A stretch of DNA of 64,000 bases from Candidatus Helarchaeota archaeon (GCA_029838215.1 JALGVI010000012.1:1-64000); one strand, 5' to 3'. Numbered from the stretch's first letter, positions 1-10,168 are shown. Program-made: numbers and translations. Notes: generated from the letters alone by a model not told the origin.

Positions 1-2591
1 TTTACTTCATCTCTTATTTTTTCTGCCAATTCATATCGTTTTTTGTTATTCATCCGCTTGATGGGACCAATCGGCTTCCCGAATACGACCCGAAGTTTAA
101 CAGGTGGAAACGGTGTTTCGGTTCCGCTAATGCCAACCGGCACGATATAAGTTGGTTCGCCTTCTTTCGCTAACTTTACGACACCAGCATATGTTTTCAA
201 CAGGACATCAGGTCGTTTTGTATCGGGAAACATTGCGACATACTTTCCTGCCTTTAAAGTCTCTTTGATCTTGAGCATTGCATCGAAATCTTCACGTGCA
301 GCGGTTTGTCTTAAGAAACCCAACGCGTCAAAAAGCGTTGCCGCCACGGGTGTTTGGTAAGTCTTCGTGTCCACGACGACGTGGACTTGTTTTTCTTGGA
401 AGATTGCATTGATCAAGATGAAGTCCAATTTGGAAGTGCTTTGCGTGGTAAAGATCACGCCACACCCATCATTTGGGATGTTTTCAAGTCCTCGGACTTT
501 GAAATCATATAGGTTATCGAGAATTAATTCGAATGCATCCTTTGCCGTATTGTAGAATAACTTGTCAATTTGTTGTGTTAGTCCAAGTTTTGCCCCTCTT
601 TTTCGAATTCGTGCAATGAAAGAATCCACGGGACTTAATTTGTAATATTTCTTCGGGCCTTTCCGTTCTTTCTTCACGCCCGTTATTCCCATTTGATCCG
701 TTATTTTTGACACGAGCTTTTCAACTCGTGATTTTGTCTCAACTTCCTGAAGGTCCTTTCGTGGAAGTCCTAGGGGTTTACTAATAAGCTGTTTCACGCG
801 ATCAAGGGGCGAAAAGGCCTGATCAATGGTTGTATCTTGGCTTGGATACTTGACTTTTCCGTCGTGAAGATCTTTAATGACTTGCATTAATTTTCGGGTT
901 TCTTCCTTTAATGTTTCATAAGGTAGGGTCTTACCATAATATTGATCATAGTAAATCGGTGGTCCTATGTTAAGTTCAATGGGATATCCCTTGGGCGGGA
1001 ATAGTAACTTCCAAATACCTTTTTTCATGGCGTGGTAGGAGCCTTTTATTGACATCGGAATGATGGGCGTTTCCGTTTCAATCGCCATTCGAATGGCACC
1101 AGTCTTACCCGTGTCGATGTCAATTTCCTTGTATGTGGTTTGTTGGGGATAAACGACAACATAACGCCCCCGTTTTACGAGTTCCTTGCCAATTTCAAAT
1201 GCTTGCTTATCGCTTTCGCCACGACCCACAGGGAATCCCGAAGCAGATAACGTCCAGCTTGACAATAGCGGTATTTCCGCCAGTTCTCTTTTCATCATGA
1301 ACCAGATTTTGTCGTCAAGTGGACGATTCTCAGTCTTATACAAATAACCATAATAATTGAGTCGATCTGGTGGCACGAGCTTCATGCCTTGAACCAAGAT
1401 GTCGATAAATGATTCGTGATTTGAACAGAGGATGGCTGGTCGCGTGTTCAGAATGAATTCCTTTCCGGTAATTTTAATATCGAAAAACGGAGGACCTGTA
1501 ACGAGATCGCATCCAAACCGGATGACAGCATTTGCAAAAGAATCAAAATATTCACCAACCGTTGGAACCTTTGAAATGGACTTGACCAATTTTCGATAAT
1601 TTGAATCGATTGGATTTTTTGGCTTTTTCTTTAGTGCTTCAAACTTGTCAACGACCATTTCATTAATGGTTTGTTCCGATAGCGGTTTTTGCTTTTTCAT
1701 TCGTTCTCTTTCTCGATAATTTCGACCGTATTCTTTTAATTCTTCGATTTTATTCATTAAATTATCCGTTAATTCCCGCAGGATATCATATGTTATTTCC
1801 TTATCATAATATTCATTATAATGAATGGGATCACCGATCTTGCAATACCAAATTCCTTTTTTCTGAGGGATGAATCCTCCCTTTGTAATGTCATGTAATC
1901 CATTATGTCCAACAGGGACTATTGGAATTTTATTTTGGATGGCAAGCCTGATTACACCCGTCTTGGCTTTTTGTTGTTTTTCAAGATTCCTGGTTCCCTC
2001 GGGATAAATGATTATGTTATTACCTCTTTTAATGAACTGGCTGGCAATCTCAAAAGATTTTTTATCTCTCAATTCCCGTTCTATTGGAAAAGCGGTCGAC
2101 ATCAGGATGGAGCCAATGATGGGCACGTTAAATAGTTGATATTTAGCAAGAAATATGGGCACGTCTCTTTTGGCAGCCCATTTAGTGAGCTTAAGGCTCT
2201 TGAGGATTCCAAATGGAGAAGGCACGTCATGAAGCGGTGTCAGTGCTTCAGCCAAATAAAGATGCTCCGTCTCCGTTTCGTGGTTACAGGCAAAGATCAC
2301 GGGCGTATCGTAAGTAGTTATTTTTTCCTTCCCATCAACAATACCCTTAATTTGCGTGTTGAAAAGCTTGATGATGGACTCTAAAATTAATAAACTTCCA
2401 AAATCAGCAACGAGATCTAAGAATGGAAACCGCTGGATTGCCTTGCGCCGGGACCAACGAATGAATTTATCAATGGGATTTAGACTGGTCCCTTCAATCT
2501 CCTCCATTCTATTCAAAATGATTTCTGAATTATGCATTCCACCGTCTTGAAACTCGGGAATTTTACCAAAAAAATCTTGGACTGCAGTCAT
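1..2591 (-). CDS. Triple-domain PlsC/LPLAT-family acyltransferase (at least 863 aa; 3' end runs off the window)
   Basis: Not in the ORF track. I translated it by hand: ATG at 2591, open frame with no stop down to position 3. Three acyltransferase units: NHETETE..YPEGTR, NHESFID..YPQQTT and TQSTSKLD..FPDTKR. The first two continue with KTGV/AIRL/MAI..PIVP/PIIP and IGDPI/IGPPI; the third with GVVKLA..IVPVG and FGKPI. Confidence 0.88.
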   Translation of the reverse strand, partial: MTAVQDFFGKIPEFQDGGMHNSEIILNRMEEIEGTSLNPIDKFIRWSRRKAIQRFPFLDLVADFGSLLILESIIKLFNTQIKGIVDGKEKITTYDTPVIFACNHETETEHLYLAEALTPLHDVPSPFGILKSLKLTKWAAKRDVPIFLAKYQLFNVPIIGSILMSTAFPIERELRDKKSFEIASQFIKRGNNIIIYPEGTRNLEKQQKAKTGVIRLAIQNKIPIVPVGHNGLHDITKGGFIPQKKGIWYCKIGDPIHYNEYYDKEITYDILRELTDNLMNKIEELKEYGRNYRERERMKKQKPLSEQTINEMVVDKFEALKKKPKNPIDSNYRKLVKSISKVPTVGEYFDSFANAVIRFGCDLVTGPPFFDIKITGKEFILNTRPAILCSNHESFIDILVQGMKLVPPDRLNYYGYLYKTENRPLDDKIWFMMKRELAEIPLLSSWTLSASGFPVGRGESDKQAFEIGKELVKRGRYVVVYPQQTTYKEIDIDTGKTGAIRMAIETETPIIPMSIKGSYHAMKKGIWKLLFPPKGYPIELNIGPPIYYDQYYGKTLPYETLKEETRKLMQVIKDLHDGKVKYPSQDTTIDQAFSPLDRVKQLISKPLGLPRKDLQEVETKSRVEKLVSKITDQMGITGVKKERKGPKKYYKLSPVDSFIARIRKRGAKLGLTQQIDKLFYNTAKDAFELILDNLYDFKVRGLENIPNDGCGVIFTTQSTSKLDFILINAIFQEKQVHVVVDTKTYQTPVAATLFDALGFLRQTAAREDFDAMLKIKETLKAGKYVAMFPDTKRPDVLLKTYAGVVKLAKEGEPTYIVPVGISGTETPFPPVKLRVVFGKPIGPIKRMNNKKRYELAEKIRDEV

Positions 2592-2654
2592 CTTGACATC
2601 CTAACCTATCTATTTTCATGAACTTGAAAAAGCTGGCAAATTTGCACGACACAA

Positions 2655-2808
2655 TTGCAAGCTTGCCATAAATTTGAACTAAAACTTCAAAATTTGCATG
2701 ATTTTTTTCTAAACCTTGCAAGCTTGCCTATTTTTTACCATCTTTTCATTAATTTTGATAAGAAAACTGAGTTTCCTATATAAATATTCCCGATTGCAAG
2801 CTTGCAAT
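2655..2808. promoter_or_regulatory. Three copies of palindrome GCAAGCTTGC (putative operator array) next to a TATA-like box
   Basis: GCAAGCTTGC occurs at 2657-2666, 2718-2727 and 2796-2805; the last extends to the perfect 16-bp palindrome ATTGCAAGCTTGCAAT (2793-2808). A minus-strand TTTATATA lies at about 2778-2785, upstream of the acyltransferase gene. Confidence 0.6.
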
Positions 2809-2856
2809 TATATGACTAAAAAATAGGTAAAAAAAGAGTTTTTTAAAGGATTTTTT

Positions 2857-3579
2857 TCATTTTAGCTTCCAAATACCAATTGCGATGATCACGAGTCCCA
2901 ATGTAATGAACAAAATGCTTTGGATCTCGACATAGATCACGGTTATCACGTTGTAGAAAAGCCATTCGGCGATTCTCATCATGTTCTGCGGTTGCTCGAT
3001 TCCTCCAAGTAGCATGATGAAATAGCCAATACCCAAAGCAAGAGAAAATGATCTGATGCTACCCGAACTTTTAGCCGCAAGATAGAAGTAAACACACGGT
3101 ATGATAAATACAAGTAAGAGATTGAAGTAACTGAATGGAGGAGTAACGAACGTCAAGGCAAAATGTGTTGTCAATGCCATGATTATCATAATAGCCGTAA
3201 AAGCACAGTAGATGATCGTGAAAGCGTATTTCGTCTTTTGATTCCAGATTTGATTTTCAATTGCAAACATGAGAACGATTAAAGAAATCATCGTGAGTGC
3301 CGACCACGTGAACTCTAAACGCACTTCTATCCACGGATTTAATATGGGAATGAAATATTTGAAGATGTAATTCGTGAATAAACGTCCCAGATAGGCAACG
3401 AAATTAATAAGAAAAAACAACGCCAAACCAAGTTCGTAAATTGCCTTTGTTTCTTTCCGCTTTTCAAGGTATTTCCTGAGAAAGTATGTCGCAAAGGCGA
3501 AGACGAAACATTGATCTATGATCGTTAGGACGATGACGAGAATCGCAATTGGAATGGGAGTTGGAACGATTACTGCCAT
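2857..3579 (-). CDS. Stand-alone 7-TM membrane protein
   Basis: About seven hydrophobic segments and no soluble output domain; similar layout to 42455-43246. Confidence 0.75.
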   Translation of the reverse strand: MAVIVPTPIPIAILVIVLTIIDQCFVFAFATYFLRKYLEKRKETKAIYELGLALFFLINFVAYLGRLFTNYIFKYFIPILNPWIEVRLEFTWSALTMISLIVLMFAIENQIWNQKTKYAFTIIYCAFTAIMIIMALTTHFALTFVTPPFSYFNLLLVFIIPCVYFYLAAKSSGSIRSFSLALGIGYFIMLLGGIEQPQNMMRIAEWLFYNVITVIYVEIQSILFITLGLVIIAIGIWKLK

Positions 3580-3939
3580 TTAAGTCACACTGCATCAAAA
3601 TCTTGAGGATTTAAAAATTGGTCCGCATTTGTTATTAAGATTTCTGTTTGATTTCAGGAAAAACAATTATTGAAACAACTTGGAATCATGAGGAGTCGTA
3701 TAAAATGGTTTTTGCAATCATTGATGTTAAGTTTGCAGGATTCTCTTTAAAAAAATTAGTTTTCGGCAATGGATTTCAATTATAATTCAAGCAAACACGG
3801 TTTTTGTCTTAAATTTTCTTTCCTAGTCGTTTTTTTAACAAAAGACATGATCATTTTCTTATCCAAGTAAAGACATATATAAGATTAATTTATGAAATTG
3901 AATCTTAGAGAGATGTAAATAGATGTCTTTAGGTGGTTA

Positions 3940-6900
3940 TTGATGAAGAAAAAATCAGTATTCAATTGCCTGATTGTTTGTTCTCTTTTACTCTTACAAA
4001 TCAGCATGTTGATTCATTCACCCCTGTTTACGTTCCTTTCCGTTCTAGGGGCTCCTAGATTCGGTGAAACGAACAGTAGTCAGCCAGTTTTTGCCCCCGA
4101 TGATCCTCAATATGCGATATCTTCTGCTGCGGGCTCACCTCCTATAGTCTCGACAGATCCCGCAATTTATTTTGGGAACGGGCTAACATCCGCTTCATTT
4201 ACCTATAATTTTACTTCGAACACGAAAATGTTTAGTAGTACCTCTTTGGATTATTATCATCCCACAGAAGGATACAACATTAGTTCATTTGGGTTTGATT
4301 TTATCGGTCTCAAAACGGATTATACAATAAATACCGAAACCGATTTCATTGATGATAATTTATTTCAGCTGGATCGAGATAAATTGAGTTATGCAATGTC
4401 ATTTCGAACCGAGAATTTCAGCGGCCTTCTTTCCGGTTTTGAACTTAGGCTAAATCCCACGGTACAAGGTTCAATTTTTGCAGAAGTTTGGACCAGTACA
4501 TGGAATTCGCTTCTGCAAAGACCCGAGCCAAATGCTGTCATTGGTGCATTCATCGGAAATACTCAAGGAGCAGGATGGGATTGGATAGCGTTTGATGGAA
4601 ATTTAGTATTCCTAAACGTGAGCGAGACTTATGATCAAACCTACTTTATTTGTCCATATTCAAAATTATCCATTTTGAAGCCATATTGGGCATATTGTAA
4701 TGATACGGTAGTCTATGACCAAGTTGATGAGGGTTTTGCGCTCGAAACAGGAAATGGTGGCGTGAGTTGGAATAATGCCACGAATGGTGATACAATCGAT
4801 TTTTCAGTACAAAATATTGTATTTTCGGAAGCATATCCAACCCCAAGCCAAGTTGACTTACGCGTGAATGGAACTGCTGTTCAAAACGGCGATGTAGATC
4901 GATTTACCCAGAAATCTAATGGAACATGGCAAGGAACGAACATAGGTGGGAATTCCGAGTATATTTATTTCAATTTCACGACAAATTTCACTCAACCGAT
5001 ATCTTTTGATCTCATGTATAATGGTTCTGCCGTGAATGATTCACGGGTTGAAACGCTTTGTCGAGTTGAAGCGAATGTATATCACGTTGATTGGAATGTG
5101 ACATTTGACATGGAAATGCCTGCTTCAAGTTTTTGGCAGCTAAACCGTGATCAACTGATGAACATCACCATTCCATCGAATTGGACTATTGAAGAGGTAT
5201 ACAATTATTCGAATCCCATCGTTTATTCCACGGATACGCAAGGATCTAGCACGTTCGTTTATATCAATGATAGAACGGGTTCAATTGTAATTGAGTGTAA
5301 TGGAACCAATTTTGTGAGAAACATATTCCATTATAATTGGACGGATAGCACTCAATATGAAAATTACCTGATGAATGATACACTGAAAGTAAATGCTTCA
5401 GTAAACGTGGAATCGGCAATAAAAGCGAATCTGACGGTATTCGATCCGACAAATAATTCTGTCTATACAAATACGACGCAAATTCAAAACGAAGTGGCCA
5501 GCTTCTTCCCTTTTCAATTGATCAACGTTTCGCAAAGAAATGGAACGCATTTGTTACGCGTGGTTTGGTTTAATGGCACGCAAGTTGGGATGAATCTTAC
5601 CAGTTGTTATGTATATAACGATCCAACAATGCTCACGCTCGTGAATCAAAATCCTTCCACGCCCGTTGAACAGGGTCAATTCGTGGATATTCAACTGTAT
5701 TATAATGACACGCATACAGGAGAAGGAATTGGAAGTGCAACGATAAGCAGTAACTGGACTTACTCTTTTTTAAATACTGTCGATCATCATAATGGTACCT
5801 ATGATTTGTCGTTAAATACAGCGTTTGCTCCTGCCGGCAATCACTCGATCAATTTCACGGCTGTTAAACCGGGATATGAACAATCCATCGTCTTTACATG
5901 GATAAATATAACGGAAACATTTGAGAAAACGAATCTTACCATTGAATTTATCTCATCCCCCATCTACGTGAATGATACTTTCATAGACAATAAATATGCG
6001 ATTATCAAGTATGTCAACGCCAGTGATGGCGAGGGAATTCCAGGTGCCCATATTCGAACAACGCCCTCATGGAGTGAATCTTATTTTGATGCGATTGATC
6101 TTTCGATTGAGAACGAAAGCGCCAGAGGCTTGTATAAAGTTCCTCTTCAGACTATTGGAACTCATGCTGAAATTTCATATGGAATCCGTTTTTATGCAAG
6201 TAAAATCGAAGACGGCTTTGGTCCTTCGGATAATTACACGCATATTCTCGTCCATGCTATTCCAACCGAAATAATAACAAGTGGATATGATAACCTTACA
6301 ATATTCGAAGGTGAAAGCACGGGTATTTCTGCATATGTCGTGGATGCTGTTCACACGGGGAATCCTCCTGTTCTTAATGCAGAGGTGAATTGGACGGTAA
6401 ATCATTCTGGACAATCTGGAGAAATGGATCTAAACATTGTCATTTATGAAGGACTGATCGATGCCCCTGCAGAAAATATTCCGCCGGGAACTTACAACGT
6501 GACGATCAGGTCATCTGCTGAAGATTTTGAATCTGGACAAAAAAACATAACTCTAAACGTCTTGCCAAAATGGGAAACCTACCTGAATATCCAAACGATA
6601 AATGACTCGGAAATTCAAGCAGGACGAAGCATGACGATTGCGGTGAATATTACATTCAGTAATGCCTCGCTAGATCGCTCAAATAGGGTTATCCTTTTTA
6701 ACTTGACGGACCCACAGAATAATAGTTATGTTGAAACACGAGTAACAAACCAATCGGGAATTGCTCTCTTCGAAATCAACCCGATTCCAAACATTACGTG
6801 GATTGACGTGAATGTTTCATATGATGGCACCGAACAAATTGCAGCAAACTATTCCGCAGAACGAATAACGATATTATCTCCTTTTAGAACGAAGATTCTT

Positions 6901-9006
6901 ATCAATGATACTATTCTTGACGATGAATTGATCTCGGGTGAAATTGTTGAACTAAATGTCACGATTTATTATAACTCAACAGAAGGTTGGCAACCCCTTT
7001 CCAATGAGAACTTGAAAGTAGAATTAGATTATGGATTTGGGCAAGATGAATCATACATTTTAACCACGGATCAGAATGGACAAATATCGGGTGAGATCGA
7101 CCCACCAGAATTCGCAGGAACCCTTCAAGTCCGTGTAATATTTAGCGGAAACGACACCTTTGAATATTGTCAAAACTTCTCAAAGACTTTCACGATATCA
7201 AAGCGAAACGTTACCGTTCAATTAACCAGTACCCTTCCCGCACAAATATTTGTTGGCATGTCAATAACATTACAGGTTCGGATTCTTTATAATGAAACCG
7301 AAAATCCTGTCGTAAATAAATCCGTAACATTCATCTTTCAATTTGTCGGCGTGCTGGAAATTGAACAAAAAGCCCAGACAGACGTGAATGGTATTGCTAC
7401 CACCACATTCCAAATCCCTGATTCTGCAAGCCTTGCAGATTTCATGGTAATCGTGATACGATTTGAAGGGGATGAAAGCGTTGCCTTTCTTGAAACGGAA
7501 GCCGTGGGGCAAGTTGGTGTCATGACAGTTTCAAAATTGATATTCCAGAATCTTTGGTGGATAATCATACTCGGTGCTGCAATTTCAAGTATAGCCGTGG
7601 GTTATAATTACGGTATTAGGCGTCCTAGAATTCGGCGAAGAATCAAGGCAATGAAGAAAAGAGCACGAAGATTACAAGATGCGTTAAATCTTGCTCATTT
7701 GATGGTGATACATAAAGAATCCAGTGCCGTTGTATATTCTGAAAGTTTTGGAGAAGAAATTCAGGCAGATCTCATTGGAGGCTTCATGACAGCCATTTCG
7801 GCATTCCAACAAGAAATCAAGGTAAAAAAGAAATCCAGTGGCATTCAAGATGAAAGAGGTTTCGAGCTCAGTTATCAGAATTTCAAGATCTTGTTGATGG
7901 ATCGGGAATGGAGTCGCGTGTCCTTTATCCTGTACGAAAGTCCGAGTCCAGAATTCCGGGAAAAAGCACGCGCTTTTCTCGAGGATTTCGATAGAGAATT
8001 CGCTCCCATAATGAAGGAATTTGATGGATCGATGTCGCCATTTAAAACAATTAATCAAAAAACATCAAAATACTTGGATACGGATCTTGCAAAACCCTTT
8101 AATCTTGCCAGTTTATCCATTAGGCAAAGAAGAAAATTAAACGACATGCAACAGGGAATCATTCACATATCATCACGGCAATTGGAGAAAAAAGGTCTGA
8201 TCAGATTAGCAATGGTCATGGAAACATTGAAAACTGCTCGAAACGAACCAGACTACGTGCTATATTGTGCCTTGGACGATTTAATTCAAGAAAAAATTCT
8301 ATTTCCATTAACAGAGGAAGATGCCAGACAAGTGGACATGCAATCTTTGATAGAAACTGCCGAAAAAGGAGATCTCACGCAAGAAACTCCCGGACAACCC
8401 AGTTCGTCCCAAGCTACTACAGTAAAAACACCTGTTGAAGAAATGGAGCTTGGGCTGGAACCCGGTGAAGTCATTGCTTTGGGATTATCCGAAGAAGAAG
8501 AAGAGCGAGTACATGATGAATTTAAATCAATGAGTTCAACCAATAAGAGACTCGTTCTAAACATGTATAATGGCACGCCAAAAGATCAGAAAAAGAAATT
8601 TCTGCGGGAATTCCTTAAAGAACGCAAGAAGTTGCGGAAAAATCTATTGAAACTACAAAAGGAAGCGGAAAAACTCCGAAAAAAGGGCAAAAAACTAGAA
8701 GAGTTCCAGAAATTAGAAATGATCAAGGCAATCAATGAAGAACTCGGCGAAGAAGAAATTGCCACTCAAGTCGCAACAGAAATTCAAGAGTTACTTACCA
8801 CGTTCGATAGCATTAAGGAACACAAACAACTACGATTGAAAACCGCAACGGCAGAAAAACACGCGGAATGGCACGCCTCGAAACGAGACTTTCTACGCGC
8901 TGCACTTTTCTATAGAAAGGCGGCACGATTTTCTCTTGAAGTTGGAAATATTGACGAAGCAACACGACTAGCAGAGCTTGCAAGCGAAGCAGAAGCCCGA
9001 GACTAA
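3940..9006 (+). CDS. Large single-pass surface glycoprotein with cytoplasmic longin-like, wHTH-like and helical domains
   Basis: Signal peptide (MMKKKSVFNCLIVCSLLLL), then about 1170 aa of beta-rich sequence dense in N-x-S/T sequons, TM helix WWIIILGAAISSIAVGY near aa 1206, and LMVIHKESSAVVYSESF..DLIGGFMTAISAFQQEI (longin-like pattern). Confidence 0.8.
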   Translation: MMKKKSVFNCLIVCSLLLLQISMLIHSPLFTFLSVLGAPRFGETNSSQPVFAPDDPQYAISSAAGSPPIVSTDPAIYFGNGLTSASFTYNFTSNTKMFSSTSLDYYHPTEGYNISSFGFDFIGLKTDYTINTETDFIDDNLFQLDRDKLSYAMSFRTENFSGLLSGFELRLNPTVQGSIFAEVWTSTWNSLLQRPEPNAVIGAFIGNTQGAGWDWIAFDGNLVFLNVSETYDQTYFICPYSKLSILKPYWAYCNDTVVYDQVDEGFALETGNGGVSWNNATNGDTIDFSVQNIVFSEAYPTPSQVDLRVNGTAVQNGDVDRFTQKSNGTWQGTNIGGNSEYIYFNFTTNFTQPISFDLMYNGSAVNDSRVETLCRVEANVYHVDWNVTFDMEMPASSFWQLNRDQLMNITIPSNWTIEEVYNYSNPIVYSTDTQGSSTFVYINDRTGSIVIECNGTNFVRNIFHYNWTDSTQYENYLMNDTLKVNASVNVESAIKANLTVFDPTNNSVYTNTTQIQNEVASFFPFQLINVSQRNGTHLLRVVWFNGTQVGMNLTSCYVYNDPTMLTLVNQNPSTPVEQGQFVDIQLYYNDTHTGEGIGSATISSNWTYSFLNTVDHHNGTYDLSLNTAFAPAGNHSINFTAVKPGYEQSIVFTWINITETFEKTNLTIEFISSPIYVNDTFIDNKYAIIKYVNASDGEGIPGAHIRTTPSWSESYFDAIDLSIENESARGLYKVPLQTIGTHAEISYGIRFYASKIEDGFGPSDNYTHILVHAIPTEIITSGYDNLTIFEGESTGISAYVVDAVHTGNPPVLNAEVNWTVNHSGQSGEMDLNIVIYEGLIDAPAENIPPGTYNVTIRSSAEDFESGQKNITLNVLPKWETYLNIQTINDSEIQAGRSMTIAVNITFSNASLDRSNRVILFNLTDPQNNSYVETRVTNQSGIALFEINPIPNITWIDVNVSYDGTEQIAANYSAERITILSPFRTKILINDTILDDELISGEIVELNVTIYYNSTEGWQPLSNENLKVELDYGFGQDESYILTTDQNGQISGEIDPPEFAGTLQVRVIFSGNDTFEYCQNFSKTFTISKRNVTVQLTSTLPAQIFVGMSITLQVRILYNETENPVVNKSVTFIFQFVGVLEIEQKAQTDVNGIATTTFQIPDSASLADFMVIVIRFEGDESVAFLETEAVGQVGVMTVSKLIFQNLWWIIILGAAISSIAVGYNYGIRRPRIRRRIKAMKKRARRLQDALNLAHLMVIHKESSAVVYSESFGEEIQADLIGGFMTAISAFQQEIKVKKKSSGIQDERGFELSYQNFKILLMDREWSRVSFILYESPSPEFREKARAFLEDFDREFAPIMKEFDGSMSPFKTINQKTSKYLDTDLAKPFNLASLSIRQRRKLNDMQQGIIHISSRQLEKKGLIRLAMVMETLKTARNEPDYVLYCALDDLIQEKILFPLTEEDARQVDMQSLIETAEKGDLTQETPGQPSSSQATTVKTPVEEMELGLEPGEVIALGLSEEEEERVHDEFKSMSSTNKRLVLNMYNGTPKDQKKKFLREFLKERKKLRKNLLKLQKEAEKLRKKGKKLEEFQKLEMIKAINEELGEEEIATQVATEIQELLTTFDSIKEHKQLRLKTATAEKHAEWHASKRDFLRAALFYRKAARFSLEVGNIDEATRLAELASEAEARD

Positions 9007-9022
9007 CCCATTCTTTCTTTTT

Positions 9023-10108
9023 TTATTTAAGAAGAACATCAAGAAAATCCTGAATTAATTTCACGGTTTGATCTTCTTTACCTGATTTTAATTTTGCTTG
9101 CAAAAAATGCACGTCAATTTCATTGAAATCAAGTCCGATTAACTCAAATTTTTTACTTGCAAGGCATTTATTGATGCTCTTGGCCATTTCAATCAATACG
9201 TGTAGTTTCAAGCCAAAAACATCCAAAAAACGTGTTGCCAAGACTGCTTCAAAGGCACTAACGTCGACATCAAAAGAAATGTAAACATAGGGTGTCTTGA
9301 TTTTTGCCAATAATCCATCGAAATCCGAAATCATGGCTTCTTGATCATCCGATTTGGGAAGAAATGTCACGCCATCACGTTCGTGTTTAAGGTACTCGTT
9401 GACAAAATTCTGAACACGCTCATCGCTTATATTTCTCATTTGCTCTACGGGATAATCCGAGACTCCAACTAAAAATAGATTTGAAGGATGCACGATCCGG
9501 TTTTGAAGAACGTGCAAGAGGAAAGTTCCGCAATTATAAGAAGCAGGGATTTCTGCCTTTGAGACATCTATGAATTCTTTTTGGTCGGGGAGTAAAGTTT
9601 CGACTTGATTTTCCTTTGCATATTGTGCCAATTTAAGACGGATGGTCGAAGGTATGGCATCAAAATGCGCATCAAATACAATGGTGCTGATTTGATCTGA
9701 ACCGTGATGATCCGAAAGAGCCTTTAAAACACCACCCGTTGGTGAATGGTCAGGCGTGATGAGAAGTGGCATGTCGGGCAAGATTTTTTCTCTTACAAAC
9801 AGCTCTGTTTTCTCAAAATACTCAAAAGCACCATTAGAATCCAAAAAAATTCTAAAATCTATGGGCGAAACAAGCAATGCATCTTCTGGTCGTGGTTTCG
9901 GGGTCAACCACGTTTCTACGGGAACCTTGCCCACGAATTCAATCTCATCCAACCGGATCAATGCTTTAAAAGCATCATAAGGATCGAGATAATCGGGCAA
10001 TTTTACTTTATTCTTGGCAAGTTTTTCCATGTAAGCATGCTTGATCATCAGGCTCCGCGGTGAATCCGATGCGTCCAAAGCCACTCCAAAAGCCTTAATC
10101 TTTTTCAA
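9023..10108 (-). CDS. Arginase/agmatinase (ureohydrolase) family protein
   Basis: Metal-binding motifs PDHS, DAHFD and SFDVDV; also LIGLDFNE. Confidence 0.85.
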   Translation of the reverse strand: MKKIKAFGVALDASDSPRSLMIKHAYMEKLAKNKVKLPDYLDPYDAFKALIRLDEIEFVGKVPVETWLTPKPRPEDALLVSPIDFRIFLDSNGAFEYFEKTELFVREKILPDMPLLITPDHSPTGGVLKALSDHHGSDQISTIVFDAHFDAIPSTIRLKLAQYAKENQVETLLPDQKEFIDVSKAEIPASYNCGTFLLHVLQNRIVHPSNLFLVGVSDYPVEQMRNISDERVQNFVNEYLKHERDGVTFLPKSDDQEAMISDFDGLLAKIKTPYVYISFDVDVSAFEAVLATRFLDVFGLKLHVLIEMAKSINKCLASKKFELIGLDFNEIDVHFLQAKLKSGKEDQTVKLIQDFLDVLLK

Positions 10109-10168
10109 TTTTATCGCTCGACGATTTTCTTAGACCTGAAGACGTGATTATTTCACATACCATGCTTT

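Noticed and set aside
367-2550. Four short plus-strand ORFs (367, 1905, 2136, 2356)
   Set aside because: They are antisense shadows of the real minus-strand tri-acyltransferase gene.
2857-3579. 7-TM protein as a rhodopsin (helio- or schizorhodopsin)
   Set aside because: There is no retinal-binding Lys in the last helix and no rhodopsin helix-C motifs; the same holds for 42455-43246.
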